From Octopus sinensis (taxonomy: Eukaryota), in the NCBI RefSeq assembly GCF_006345805.1, contig NC_042998.1, forward strand, positions 50,468,001 through 50,532,000: 64,000 bases of DNA, in the 5' to 3' direction. Below are positions 39,530-53,141 of this stretch, piece by piece; within the stretch, counting starts at the first letter, position 1; each line of letters opens with the position of its first letter. Below the pieces are notes generated by a model. It saw only the letters and a list, made by a program, of their open reading frames with translations, searched no databases and had not been told where the DNA came from. A program made the translations under genes and the position numbers.

Positions 39530-39542
<13 letters not shown>

Positions 39543-40630
39543 AAAGTCGATGTCTTTATGTGTGTTCGTGTGTTACTTATAGACCCGCAAACTACTGCAC
39601 CCACCCTAATGAAATTTGGAACTCAAAATCCAAGCCTAGAGAGAAGGGTAATTCCTGATGTTTCATATAATTTCGTGGAACAAAATTACTGAGTGGATTC
39701 TTATGATAATTGGAACTTTGATTCAATGCATAAGATCGGGTATAATGCAATATGATTGGTTTGAATTTGAGATGGCTTAAAGGCGGCAGAACCACCTACG
39801 AAAATTCATAAACTTCCCATGTTGATGAACTTTCAACCATAGGTTATTGACACACATCAAGAATTATTCCCAAAGTTTCCGCTTCTCCTAACGATTCTAA
39901 GACCCCCTAATGGGGCCTTAACTAGGTCAAAAGTATTGAATGGATCTTTATGAAATTTGGAAATTATATTCTGTGGAGACAGATGTAATGCAGTACACGA
40001 AAATTCGTATATTTTTGCTGTTGATGAAATTTTAACTATAGATATTAGACACAAATGAAGTAATATTTCTAAAATTTCAACTTCTTAGGAATTAGTAAAA
40101 CCCCTAAATGGAGGCTTAACCCCAACAATTTAGTCATTTTTCCTAAGCCAAGCCGTAGTCTTGGAAGCTGTAGAGTCACCCGAGCATACAAGATGAGCGT
40201 TATTTGTAATTCAATGGTACTAGCAGTGTAAGAGTTTGCTTTCAGATATACTTAAATTGTGATTTCTGAAATATGGTGCATAAATTGTCAAGTAAAGGAG
40301 ATGCATCTTTGCCTCCACTGATTCAGTTGCAAAGTGTTATTTTGAGTAAAGTTATTTGGTTGCAGACTTCTTTTGAGTCTTTTTATTATCACTGTGTCAG
40401 AGATAGTCCCCAGATGGTAACATTGATTTCAAAGCCTTTCCAGATAAGTGACTGGTCATTCAAAGAGATTTATAGATTGCAAATTTATTCTGTTCGGTTA
40501 CCTATCGGCATAGTGGTCATTGGCAATCTCCAGAGGTGACACTTTCATTCCCCATTATCCCTCACGTCACACAGTTGTTTATGTTTATTTGAATTGGGTC
40601 ACGCCCTTACAATTGCTATAGATCCGTAAT
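39530..40630 (+). mobile_element. Degenerate Helitron-like region with possible PIF1 helicase remnants
   Basis: tataaaagtcgatgtc...atgaaatttgg 5' motif; FKEIYRLQIYSVRL and PHVTQLFM weakly resemble FxRxQFPVRL and SHGQLYV. Confidence 0.4.
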
Positions 40631-41059
40631 GCATCTGTATGATGAGGAATCCTACATTGGGGAGTGGTAACGACTAGCTGACTGCTTATTGTGATCATTC
40701 GTCTTTTGGTTTCCTGTAGATTTGCTCTATTTTACAAACACAGTGAACATTCATATACCTCCGATTTCAAAGAAATTGAGACAATAGATATAAGACAAGT
40801 TAAAAAAGATTCCCAACAATTCAACTTCTCTGGTTGACTTTAAGACCTTCCCCCTTAATAGGGGCCTTATCTCCCACATTTTAGAGCTACATGTGCTCCA
40901 TGTGCTCCATTTTTTCAGGAGTAAAACCTTTCAATGGGTTTTATAAGATGTGGATCTTGGAATCTGGGCATAAAAAAGAATAGTATGGGTATAAATGTGT
41001 CATGATTAGAATTTTTGTTAGGGTGTGAAAAGAGGGGAAGAACCCTCATTAAAATTCTT

Positions 41060-41442
41060 AATATCCGATGGCTGTCAGACAGTTACTGGGATTACATCAC
41101 CCTTAACATCTGGCCATCTAACTCCCTTGATTATTATTTGTGAGGCGCAGTTGAGCGAGAGACAAACAAAACTCTTTATAACACCAAAGATAAACTGAAG
41201 GCAAGTATTGAGGCAGGATTCACCAACTTAAACAAGGAGACCGTCCAAAAGAGATGCAGGAGAATCCGAAGGCGTCTGGAGACCGTAGTTGAAGACAATG
41301 GCCATTTTATTGAATAAATTTGCTCTTTAGTATTTCAAGATATTTTTATGTCATTTTGGTAAATATATTTGTTAAAATGAGATGTCAGCGTTATTTTCAA
41401 TTTTTGTGGCATTTTGATGACAATTTATTTACCACACACTGT
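41060..41442 (+). mobile_element. Tc1/mariner-superfamily 3' fragment
   Basis: NIWPSNS-LDYYL*GAVERETN...RRRLETVVEDNGHFIE*, then a terminus ending cacactg|TA. Confidence 0.75.
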
Positions 41443-41535
41443 ATATACATACATATACACACACACACATACATACATACATACATACATACATACATAC
41501 AATACATACATACATAATACATACATACATACTAC

Positions 41536-41579
<44 letters not shown>

Positions 41580-42641
41580 ATATATAATATAATATAATAT
41601 AATATAATATAATATAATATAATATAATATATATAATATAATATAATTAATATAATATAATATAATATAATATACTGAAAGGCTCCTGCCTTTGGGAAGA
41701 ATATACAGGCCGATCAGTTAATTAGGATTTTATTCAACATATTCCCCTCTCAGATTCACACACTTATTGCAGCAGTCCTTCAAGTTTTCTTAACTCTGTA
41801 AAAGAACTCAAAAGTTGGACCCACAGCCAGGCCTTTCACGATACCCTTAAAGTCAGGAACTTTTCAGCATTTCCTCGTATGTAAGCATATATATATACCT
41901 ACCTACATACATATGTATGTATACATATATATACATACACATATACACACATACATGCATGCATACATACGTACATACATATATACATACATACATATAT
42001 ACACACATACATGCATGCATACATACGTACATACATACATACATACATACATACATACATACATACATACATGCATACATACATGCATACATACATGCAT
42101 ACACACATACATACATGCTTACTTATATACATGAATATACATACAATCATACATTGATACGTAGAGATAAATTTATATACATATACACACAGAGAATCAT
42201 ACCCGAATACATACAAACATTTATGTATATAATTCCAATAAATCAAATTAAACGTAAAAGAGACACAGACTATGTCATGTCATGTCATGCTCGAAACAAC
42301 ATGGTGTGCAAGTAATTAGATAATTCATGAATTCATTGGTTTGTACTTCATATTTATTCACTTATGTTTTACCTTAGCAGCTTAAAGGATATCCCAAAGA
42401 CATTGCTATTGAAGGTTTGTCCTTCAATATTTCCGTGTGGAAGTTACGCGTGAGCGTATATGTGTTGTATGTGTATGCGTCTGCGTTCGTTATGTTTGTA
42501 CGTTTGCTAAAACTAAAGCGACCGTTGACCTTGTAGCCAATGAAAGCGGTGTATGTTAAGCTACAATCTGCACAAAAAAGAGGTTATATTATAACTGAAT
42601 GTCTCCTATTCGGTTCCGCAGTATATGTGAATGCACATATA

Positions 42642-42722
<81 letters not shown>

Positions 42723-43448
42723 ATTTGTGTGTGTTTGTGTATATATGCGTGACTTTAAAATTTCTGCGCAGCTTCCTCATACTCACTCAATCCTCCTCTC
42801 CATACACCGCTTTCGTTGTCGACAAGTTCAATGATCGCTTCTGTTTTAGCAAACGAACAAACATACACATGGAGACACATACACGTACACACATACACAC
42901 ATACCATGCATGCACTAACGCATAACTCCCACACGCAAATACTAAAGTGCAAACGTTTAATAGCAATGCTTCTCCTTTCAATTTTTCTCAACCATATAAC
43001 TGTAAGTGTGTGAGTAACAGTGTGTGTGAGTAAGAATGTATGTTGTGTGTGTGTGTGTGTGTGTGTGTGTTGTGTGTGTGTGTGTGTGGCTCTGTGATAA
43101 GACGTTTACGTCCCAACAACATGGCTTCTGGGCTCAATCTCACTGCTCCACACGTTGGGCAATTGTCTTTTACTTATGGCCGCAGGCAGACCAAAACTAT
43201 TCGAGTGAATATAGTAAACAGAAACCGTAAGAAGCTTGTGACACACACGCACACACACACATATATATATATATATATGGAGAGAGTGAGAGATTGATAA
43301 ATAGATAGACAGACAGATAGGTAGATAGATAGATAGATACACATGCAAGTATATATATATATATATATATATTATATACTTAATTGGAAATGGATGTGTG
43401 GCGTTCAATCAGATAACAATATAAATAAAATGTATATATATATATATA

Positions 43449-43531
<83 letters not shown>

Positions 43532-43569
43532 TATATACACACATATATGTACATACATACCTACATACA

Positions 43570-43601
<32 letters not shown>

Positions 43602-44029
43602 CATATGGCTACAGTATGTCACAAAAGGTAAACAACATGAAATACGAAGACAAACTTTTGTATGCGAACAACGCGAGAAATAAATAGAAAACAAGAGAGT
43701 AACATAAAAAACGTCCCTTCGTCAATTGTCGACTGCCCATCTAATCCTCATTTCGAGCAATTAACGATACTATAAGGCTTCGAAAAGACAGCTGCTCCCG
43801 CGAACCAAAATAAAATTTGGGATTTGCTTAGGGTCAAAGGTGGTAACAAAAACAGGACAGTGGAGACATACAACAAAGCAAACTAAAATAAACATGAAGG
43901 GGAGTTAGGTCAGACGAGGTAAGGTATCGAACGCTGGAGGAATGGAATAGTGTCTTTGACAAGAGATAAGTTAGAAGAGGAGACAGATAAGAATGTTAAG
44001 CATCGTCTCGTAGAACACTAGTGTGCCGC

Positions 44030-44900
44030 AGTATACCGGTTTTGGAGCACTAGTCTAGGACTCACCCGCCTTGTCAGTTATTCAACGTCTTGTATATACA
44101 GACATATACATTCACAATGTTTCAGATTTGAAAACTGTATTGATTGCTGTATAGATATTTTTGAAATTTCATTAAGAATGTTTTCTTGTGTCCCATGAGA
44201 CTTTAACCATTTCCATGGTTGCTTCTTCAAGACCAACACCTGTTTCTTTGTGATTGCTAAGTTATTAGTTGACAAGTTATAACACGTTGAAATATGAGGT
44301 TGACTATTTCTTTTTTTTTTTCTGTATCTCATCTAAATTTTGAGATTAACTCTTGTTATTTGTTGTGAGGTAAATAATTTTGTGCCAAATTAAGATATTT
44401 GTATTCTAAACATGATTTGATTTCTTGGCAAGCAAGCTATACATTTTGACAGGTTCTTATTTTCATTCTTTTATTTGAAGGTTTAAATATATTTTATTAA
44501 AAGCACTGCTTTTGTGTGTTTCTGAAACGGCCAGTATGTTGTAAATAACGTTTTTTAAATGTATTTCCTGTGAGATTTGCATAGTTTTTTTACCGTAGCA
44601 TAATTTTGTTATAACACAGTACTTAATCTGTAAATACTTGCCTAAATATTAAATGATATATTGCTTCAGATTCTTACAGACATATTTAGATTCTCATGTA
44701 ATTGAATCTCTAAATACCCGTTCATGTTTACGTAATCTTTTCCACTTTGGGAAAACATCTGAAATTGACCTTTGACTTACTTTTATGATATAGTTCATGA
44801 TACTTATGTTCAATGGAAAAATCTTTAAGTAGAAGTACAAAGATCTTCACCTTCTTAGACTTTCATTTCTGCTATTCAGCAAAGTCAATATGATTTGTAT
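44030..44900 (-). mobile_element. Penelope-like element 3' remnant: GIY-YIG endonuclease traces and a decayed hammerhead (44030-44082)
   Basis: KNYANLTGNTFKKRYLQHTGRFRN ~ YxGLTxxxFKxRYxxHxxSFR; downstream CTGACAA...AAA-ccgg-TA. Confidence 0.55.
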
Positions 44901-45099
44901 TTCTTTTCTTATAAATAAACATAGATTGTCGTTGATGCTACTGTTATTGTGGTGGCTGATGCTGTTGTTATTTTTTTCTTGTTCGTATTGTTTAGCTCCA
45001 GGCCACCCCGATCGGACAGACATGACTTGAGATTCATCTTATTACCATTTTACCCTCCGGTCAGCTATGATCGTGCAATCCTATAAACACACACACACC

Positions 45100-45170
<71 letters not shown>

Positions 45171-45299
45171 CTCTTATGCATATGATATAACCTTTCCTTC
45201 CTTTTTAACCTTTCGCATTTATGTATTATGTATACGCAACACAAACAGCTTTACATTAGACGCATACATGACTTCTATAAACATCATAAAACAATCTTC

Positions 45300-45900
45300 C
45301 AGTTGACACATGACAACATAATCTTCGTTCTTTAACAGAAGAACAAAACCACTACTCATCATGGAAGCATTCTTGCGACACTACACTTACCTTAATCATA
45401 AACGAAACCTAACAAAAAAACGCTCAGTGTCCCCACAATTTCTATGCTACGCAATCTTTGATGACTTCTGGTGGAGATCATTCATTTCCATTATTACCAG
45501 AACTGAATCCTCAGCGCTAGGCTTTCATTTCAAGGGAATAAAAAAGAAAATTCAACACCAATTAATTCAAGTACTCCACGTGATAATTTTAAAAAAAGTG
45601 ATCCATCAAATTTAATAATACTTATTTCTAACCACACTACAACCCTCAGCCAACAAACACTCTCTCAGCTTAGAGATTGCAGCTTCCTCTCTCCTTCTTT
45701 TCCATTACTATAATGGTATACGTCGATACATTTAATCATGCCTACGTCATGTACCCATCTCTCTTTCTTGTGTTAGTCTTATTTCTTGAACCTTCAAATC
45801 TTGTTTGAAATGTCATGTTTAATCCATACTTCATAGCAATTCATTCGTCTATAATTCTCTTCCTCGTTCCAATTTACCTATGATCATTAATTAACTGAAA
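45300..45900 (+). pseudogene. Highly degenerate CR1/L2-like LINE fragments
   Basis: ALGFHFKGIKKKIQHQLIQVL ~ LDxxKAFDKVxHxxLLxKL; FHYYNG. Confidence 0.3.
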
Positions 45901-46659
45901 TTCAGACTAAATATTAGCTCCATCAACCTCACCGATCAAAAGGGTATGCAAAAATAATGGACATCACATTTCCTCAAACTGAATTTTTTATCATATCAAA
46001 CATGTGGCCGTTTAACGTTTCTAGTCTATTGTCTATGATAAATTCATTTTCTACTACATCGATGTTTTCTACCCAAAACTCATACCTTGCCTTCTTCAGG
46101 TATACCAATACCGTTTACCAACATGTTTAACATCAGATTGGCATTGATTGAGCATGTCTATGCTAAAAGTATTCCATCCATGACTTTTCCGCTCAGTAAA
46201 AATTATTAGCTCATCTTAACTGGTCATGACAGGTATTCTATTGAATCATAACGCTCCCTGAAGTAAGGTATTTAGAATTCGAAGGTGAATTTAACCATAT
46301 CAAATTACTATAACCTTACACGAGCAAATGATGGAGTCTCTATGCGGACTCTCGTCTCGTTAGAAATACTAGTGGAATCTAATTCAGATCACATCCTGAG
46401 GCCTTAGAAAAGGATAAGGTCCCAATTAATTACCAAGCAGAAAGGGTAAGGTGATCACAGCTATCAATATTCAAACTGATTAATTAATCCGTTTGAATAA
46501 AATTGGAGATAAACCAAAATGAAAAGAGCATCAACAGTAACAACCACAACAAGGGTGTTAGCACCGATCTAGCAATTTCATAGATATGTCTTTCAAAGAT
46601 TCTATTAAGGTTAAAATATTTTCTATTGATTTAAATTGGGAAAGTGGTGGATCGTATTA

Positions 46660-46904
46660 TTTATACTCTTTTACTTGTTTCAGTCATTTGACTGTGGCTA
46701 TGCTGGAGCACCGCCCTTTAGTCGAGCAAATCGACCCCAGTACATATTCTTTGTAAGCCTAGTACTTATTCTATCGTTCTCTTTTGCCGAACCACTAAGT
46801 TACGGGGACGTAAACACACCAACATCGGTTGTCAAGCGATGTTGGGGACAAACACAGACACACAAACATATATACACACACACGCACACATACATACATA
46901 CATG

Positions 46905-46981
<77 letters not shown>

Positions 46982-47165
46982 GTATATATGTATGTATATA
47001 TATACATATATACGACGGGTTTCAGTCTACTAAATCCACTCACAAGGCTTTGGTCGGCTCAAGGCTATAGTAGAAGAGACTTGCCCAAGGTGCCACGCAG
47101 TGGGATGAACCCGGAACCATGTGGATGGTAAGCAAGCTACTTACCCCACAGCCACTCCTACGCCT
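46660..47165 (-). mobile_element. SINE-A, full length
   Basis: Complete head and tail with internal (CATA)/(TA)n. Confidence 0.92.
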
Positions 47166-47697
47166 ATATAATAACTTATATTTAAATTTTCATTTGATTT
47201 CATTTTTTTTTTAGAACCGCCATTTTTATGGTGTTCGTGTTCCTGTGTTTTGAAATTTATGAAGGTTTTTTAAAGTGGTTTCTCGAGGTTATGCATTCGG
47301 ATTATCAATTCATTTAACAAAATAGACAGAAGGCCAAAATTTCGGAAGTGGAATATAGTCCATTGTATCAATTCCAGTATTTGACTGATTTTTATTTCAT
47401 CGACCCTGAAAGGATGAAAGACAAAAATAAGCTTAGCGCGATTGGAGCTCAAGGCAAAAGACCTTGGCCAAAAATACAACGCATTTTGTCTGTTGTTCTA
47501 AGGCCTTTGCTAAGTCATTATTATACATCAGAGTCTACTTTATGATGAGAGCTTTCAGTGTTGTTTATTAATGAATTTTAATAGAGTATATTATTGGTAA
47601 AAATATAAACCTTCACTGAGTGCATGATTCTTGATTGTAGCATTTTTACTAATTTATTTCGGAAAATTCTAAATTCTAATTACATATACTCACCCAA

Positions 47698-47732
<35 letters not shown>

Positions 47733-48101
47733 ACATACACACACCACCACCACCACCATTCCACACCACACGCACATACATGCAGGCATACATAGGCACA
47801 TTCTTATATACACACTACGATTAAAATTTTAAATTGCCTGAGAAACAACCAGTATTTAGAACTTTACGAGTATTCTTATACATCAAAAGAAAAACCTGCC
47901 AGGACTCGGTATTTTGGTTCGACCTTTCTTTCTCTGGCAGCCAAAGTTAAAAAGATCACAGAGTATATATAGGAAAAGAGATCAGGAAATTTCTTCATAA
48001 ATCATAACTAAATTATAACATAAATAATAATTATAAAATAAATCATTAACTAAATAATTTATGGATGTATTATCCTCTCAATTTTTACACACACACACGC
48101 A

Positions 48102-48179
<78 letters not shown>

Positions 48180-48189
48180 TTAATCGTTA

Positions 48190-48227
48190 CAGTTGAAAAG
48201 GTCTCAAAATGACCGAAACCGGTACTG
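48190..48227 (+). ncRNA. Minimal type-I hammerhead ribozyme with U3-A8 core variant
   Basis: cag-TTGAAAA-ggtc-tcaaaat-gacc-GAAA-ccgg-TA-ctg; all three helices close; palindromic ACCGGT helix III; GUA triplet. Confidence 0.7.
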
Positions 48228-48309
48228 AAAGATTCACTATAAAATTATCTTAGCATTTTCTATTTTTGACTTGTTTTTTCATATATATCAACTCGTGTGT
48301 TCCCTTCCA

Positions 48310-48342
<33 letters not shown>

Positions 48343-48343
48343 G

Positions 48344-48395
<52 letters not shown>

Positions 48396-48459
48396 CAAGA
48401 GTGTGTAACTATAGATGTAAACATGTTGCCCTATATATTTTAAGCAGTATATACATATA

Positions 48460-49297
48460 CTAGACTACCCGTGACCCGTTGGATCACAGGGAAAGTATGA
48501 GTTTCCCAGCAACGGAGTTTTGTTTCGTGGGTCTTTTTTTTTCTTTTCCAGGTTATTTCGCATGCTTTCAACGAATGTGACATCGAAATCACGCGTAAGC
48601 GGCACCTTTCACCAGAAAAGGAAACATTTTGCTGCTGTTTCTTGCACGCCCTGCTACCACGTAACATGTATTTTGGGTCCTTTATTGCATAAAGCAGTTA
48701 CGTGGTAGCAGAGCGTGACACAAATAGCAGCCAAATCTTTGGAAGTCAGATACATTGAATGCACTCGAAAAAACCTATGGAAAAAAATTATTTCACACTG
48801 AGGTTACGAACAGGTCTTTTACGAAATGTTTATGCCACAAAAAAATTTTTTAATGTTGTTCACTTGAAAATGATTTTAAAAAACATTAAAATATTGTCGG
48901 TTTAAAGAAAGCTAAAATATAAATACTTATTGTACAAACAATTTACATTTTTGAAAACACATTCACTTAAAAATATTTGTAAATGATAATTTACTGTAAA
49001 AAATAAATTGTATTTTTTGGCTGCCAAGTCACGGTCTAATCGAAAGTTAAGAGTTACTTCCCTTCGGGATTAAGTTAATTTCGGTGACTTTTCCCATTAT
49101 GCACCGTTTTAAGTATTTATACCCTGAAAACCCTTAATATCTTCACTACCACTTATCCGATTCATGCGAAATTTGTTTCATTCCGTTCGTATTTACATTT
49201 CATGGGATACTTAAGTCATAGCATTTTTCAATTATGCGCCAGTTTGGCTGGGTAACATTGCAAGCAAGATTCAGTCTGACTTTTAATATATTATAGA
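48460..49297 (-). mobile_element. Complete non-autonomous Helitron (838 bp)
   Basis: Minus strand starts A|TC at 49297 and ends with hairpin ccctgtgatcc-aac-gggtcacggg then CTAG|T at 48460; no TSD. Confidence 0.75.
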
Positions 49298-49375
49298 TAA
49301 ACAGTTACTTATGTAAATATGTGTCTACATACATATGCATATATGTGTGTATACATACATACATACATACATACA

Positions 49376-49449
<74 letters not shown>

Positions 49450-49517
49450 ATTCACCATGATGGATCGCTAGCCACTACACATTCTTTATTTTCTCTCCTT
49501 GTTTCTTTCTGTGTTCC

Positions 49518-49551
49518 GTTCTGTGGAAGAGCATAGGCTCGAAACGTTAAA
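49518..49551 (+). ncRNA. Hammerhead-like motif with a non-canonical position 6 (CTGTGGA)
   Basis: gtt-CTGTGGA-a-gagc-atag-gctc-GAAA-cg-TT-aaa; related decayed copy at 53881-53910. Confidence 0.4.
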
Positions 49552-49677
49552 GACGTTATATATATATATAGAAATTCAGGGTGAGTATTTGATAATTGTA
49601 AGCACCTGTATATACCGTTTGGTGGTGTAGGTGGTGGAGTAAATTAATCAAAATAAAAACATGATGCCAAGGATTCA

Positions 49678-49755
49678 GCGGTACATATGTTTCAGGCCTT
49701 TATTAGACGGATTTATAACAATGCATAATGTGTGTCTATGGCCTTCTTCAGCCGC
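49678..49755 (-). ncRNA. Intact minimal type-I hammerhead ribozyme
   Basis: Reverse complement reads gcgg-CTGAAGA-aggcc...ggcct-GAAA-catatg-TA-ccgc. Confidence 0.82.
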
Positions 49756-51377
49756 GCACAATTACTACCTCAAGGACATGTATTACATCAAAAATTCTAC
49801 GTTGGGGATGCAAATCCTCTCATTCGCGTACGACATAATGCGGCAACAGCATAAAAATGAAGCGTCCATCTCGTCCTTCTCTCAATGTAGAATGAGGAAG
49901 TTTGGATGTTGAAGTAATATAAATAAATGAATAAATAAATTTATACATATATAAATACAGACAGACGTGAAGGAACCTGGTAATAAGAGTAAATAGGGAT
50001 AAAGATGGAGGGGCGAGAATTCAGGACGAAGGATAAAAAAATATAAAAATGTGAAAAATAAGAATATAAGTATAGAAAAATATAAAAATATAGAGTATAA
50101 AGATATAAAGAGATATAAAAAAATATAAATGAATATAAAGATATAAAGTTATAAAAAAATATTTAAAAAATTATCAGAAATATAAGAATATAGAAATGTA
50201 AGAGAATATAAGGATAAGGGATATAAAGTTGTTACGGACCAACATGGTGGTCAGGGAAATGACAAATTCTGGTTGTAGAAGCCGTGGGTGTCATAAATCA
50301 ACCGGGGCGTCTGGGGACCTAGTGTATTGTAAATTAGAGTTGTTTGGTTAAACCGCTTATCTAGTTCCTCGTAACGTATCAAGTGGTCATCATGTACATA
50401 CGTACACGCATGGATACATACACCCATATACACGCGTACATATACGCACGCATACGCAACTACACGCATACAAGCCTACATACGTACTCTCGTGTAAACA
50501 TATACAGATATATATGGAAAAAGGCGCATGTAGTTGGGTACACGAACCGACGCGCATACGTACGTATATACATACACGCACATGCGTTCATATAGGCACA
50601 CTCGCACTTACACGCATGCACAAGACGAAGTGAATCTCTATGCGTGTGGGCAGAAATATGTATACACCTGCATTCACGCCCACACCCACGCACATGTACG
50701 CGTGTATATGGGTGTATGTATCCATGCATGTACGTATGTACATGATGACCACTTGATACGTTACGAGGAACTAGATAAGCGGTTTAACCAAACAACTCTA
50801 ATTTACAATACACTAGGTCCCCAAACGCCCCGGTTGATTTATGACACCCACGGCTTCTACAACCAGAATTTGTCATTTCCCTGACCACCATGTTGGTCCG
50901 TAACAACTTTATATCCCTTATCCTTATATTCTCTTACATTTCTATTTCTTATATTCTGATAATTTTTTAAATATTTTTTTATAACTTTATATCTTTATAT
51001 TCATTTATATTTTTTTATATCTCTTTATATCTTTATACTCTATATTTTTATATTTTTTTATACTTATATTCTTATTTTTCACAATTTTATATTTTTTTAT
51101 CCTTCGTCCTGAATTCTCGCCCCTCCATCTTTATCCCTATTTACTCTTATTACCAGGTTCCTTCACGTATGTCTGTATTTATATATGTATAAATTTATTT
51201 ATTCATTTATTTATATTACCTCAACATCCAAACTTCCTCATTCTACATTGAGAGAAGGACGAAATGGACGCTTCATTTTTATGCTGTTGCCGCATTATGT
51301 CGTACTCGAATGAGAGGATTTGCATCCCCAACGTAGAATTTTTGATGTAATACATGTCCTTGAGGTAGTAATTGTGC

Positions 51378-51455
51378 GCGGCTGAAGAAGGCCATAGACA
51401 CACATTATGCATTGTTGTAAATCCGTCTAATAAAGGCCTGAAACATATGTACCGC
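51378..51455 (+). ncRNA. Intact minimal type-I hammerhead ribozyme
   Basis: gcgg-CTGAAGA-aggcc...ggcct-GAAA-catatg-TA-ccgc; predicted cleavage after A51451. Confidence 0.82.
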
Positions 51456-51489
51456 TGAATCCTTGGCATCATGTTTCTATATATATACA

Positions 51490-51570
51490 TGTCGCCCTGT
51501 CCAGGAATCGAAACCACAATCTTGCGATCATGATGCTGACACCCTAACCACTAAGCCACGCGCCTCCATA
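51490..51570 (-). mobile_element. SINE-C head fragment
   Basis: gtggcttagtggttagggtg...ggtttcgattcctggac on the minus strand. Confidence 0.65.
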
Positions 51571-52131
51571 CACACACACACACACACCACACACACACAC
51601 ACACACTCACACACACACGCACACACACATATATATATGAGTAAGTAAAAAATGAACAGCAGAAACAACAAAAGCAACAAAACGTCAGAAAAGAGGTGGC
51701 GTGGCGTTTCGAACAATCTCTTCTTCAGAGAGAGGAAGGAGAAAAAAGTTCGGAGAGTAGGAAAAGAAATTCAGAGAAATGATGGAGAGGAGGTGAAAGA
51801 AAGAACAAGGTAGGATGCATACATGTGTGTGCGTGTGTGTGCGTGCGTGTTTATGTGTGTGCTTGCTTATGTGTATCTGTGTGTATTTGTAAATAGCGAC
51901 ATGAGATGCTTCAAGCTGGAAGCGTCAGACAAAGATACCTTGTGGTGGTATTATTTTGATCCGCTTCAAGCACATTCCTTTACGCTCGGTCAAACTTGAC
52001 TCTCATCCCTCTGAAGGTCAGTGTTAGGAAATACAAGACAAATTACGGCGGATATCGAATAACCGACCGAAACTCTTGAACAATGGACCCTGACACGAGT
52101 GTAGTGCAATCTATGAAGTAAGCAAGTAATA

Positions 52132-52167
<36 letters not shown>

Positions 52168-52371
52168 ACTTGACTGAGAATGTTCAAGAAATATGATAAA
52201 ATATCTCAACTAAAAGACATATTGCTTGAGAATGAAGAATTAATATATACATCAAAGCAAAATTTTTATTCTAGGTTCAACGATGCTCTCCTCAAATTAA
52301 ATAACTTAAAAGATTTGAAAAATATTTTCAATTTTTTTAATATTTGTGCGTAAGTGTGTGTGTCTGTGCGT

Positions 52372-52432
<61 letters not shown>

Positions 52433-52914
52433 TGTGTGTTTATGTGTGTGTGAGTGAGTATTGTGTGTGTCTGTGCAATATTGTATAGACAATGAAAGCG
52501 ATTGTTCCGTTTCGAAAGCCTATCAAATTATTGATTGTCTTTTTTAGAAACATGTATACATATAGATTATTTATTACAATTAAGAAGCAAGATGGTTGTG
52601 GGTTAATGGCGGTAAAATAACAGGGTAATGTGGGGTTGTTATTTCATATTGCTGAAGTCTTCAAAATACTGTTACTTTGATTGTAAGACAGGCAACAAAA
52701 ATGTTTATGCAACAAACAAACGCGATGTTTTCAAATATCTAGAAAGTGGAGTTCAGTTAACAATTAAGTACGTAAACATTGATTAAACATTGTTTGTTAA
52801 TATAGAGAAGACGAGAAATGATCAAAATAAGTTCTGAGAAAAGAAGATAACAAAATGTGTTATGTACAAAACTAAAGTTGTAAAATAATGCTAAAAGATT
52901 CTGTAAGTGTATCT

Positions 52915-53130
52915 AATATTGATTTCAAATTTTGGCACAAGGCCAGCAATTTTGAGAAATGGGTAAGTCAATTAAATCAACCCCAGTACTCAATTGGTAT
53001 TTATTATGTCGACCCCTGAAAGGATGAAAGAAAGTCAACGTCGGCAGAATTTGAACTCTGTACGAAAAACTCACGAAATGCCGCTGAGCATTGTGACCAA
53101 CATGCCAATGATTCTACCAGCCCACCGCCC
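52915..53130 (-). mobile_element. SINE-B
   Basis: Shared body and degenerate head. Confidence 0.8.
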
Positions 53131-53141
53131 GAAGTGTATCT

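Larger units (their letters stand above)
49640..51476. mobile_element. 1.8-kb fold-back PLE-type element (arms 49657-50441 / 50694-51476) with hammerheads at both outer ends
   Basis: Arms are reverse complements; no credible ORF; third copy at 19404-20487. Confidence 0.88.
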
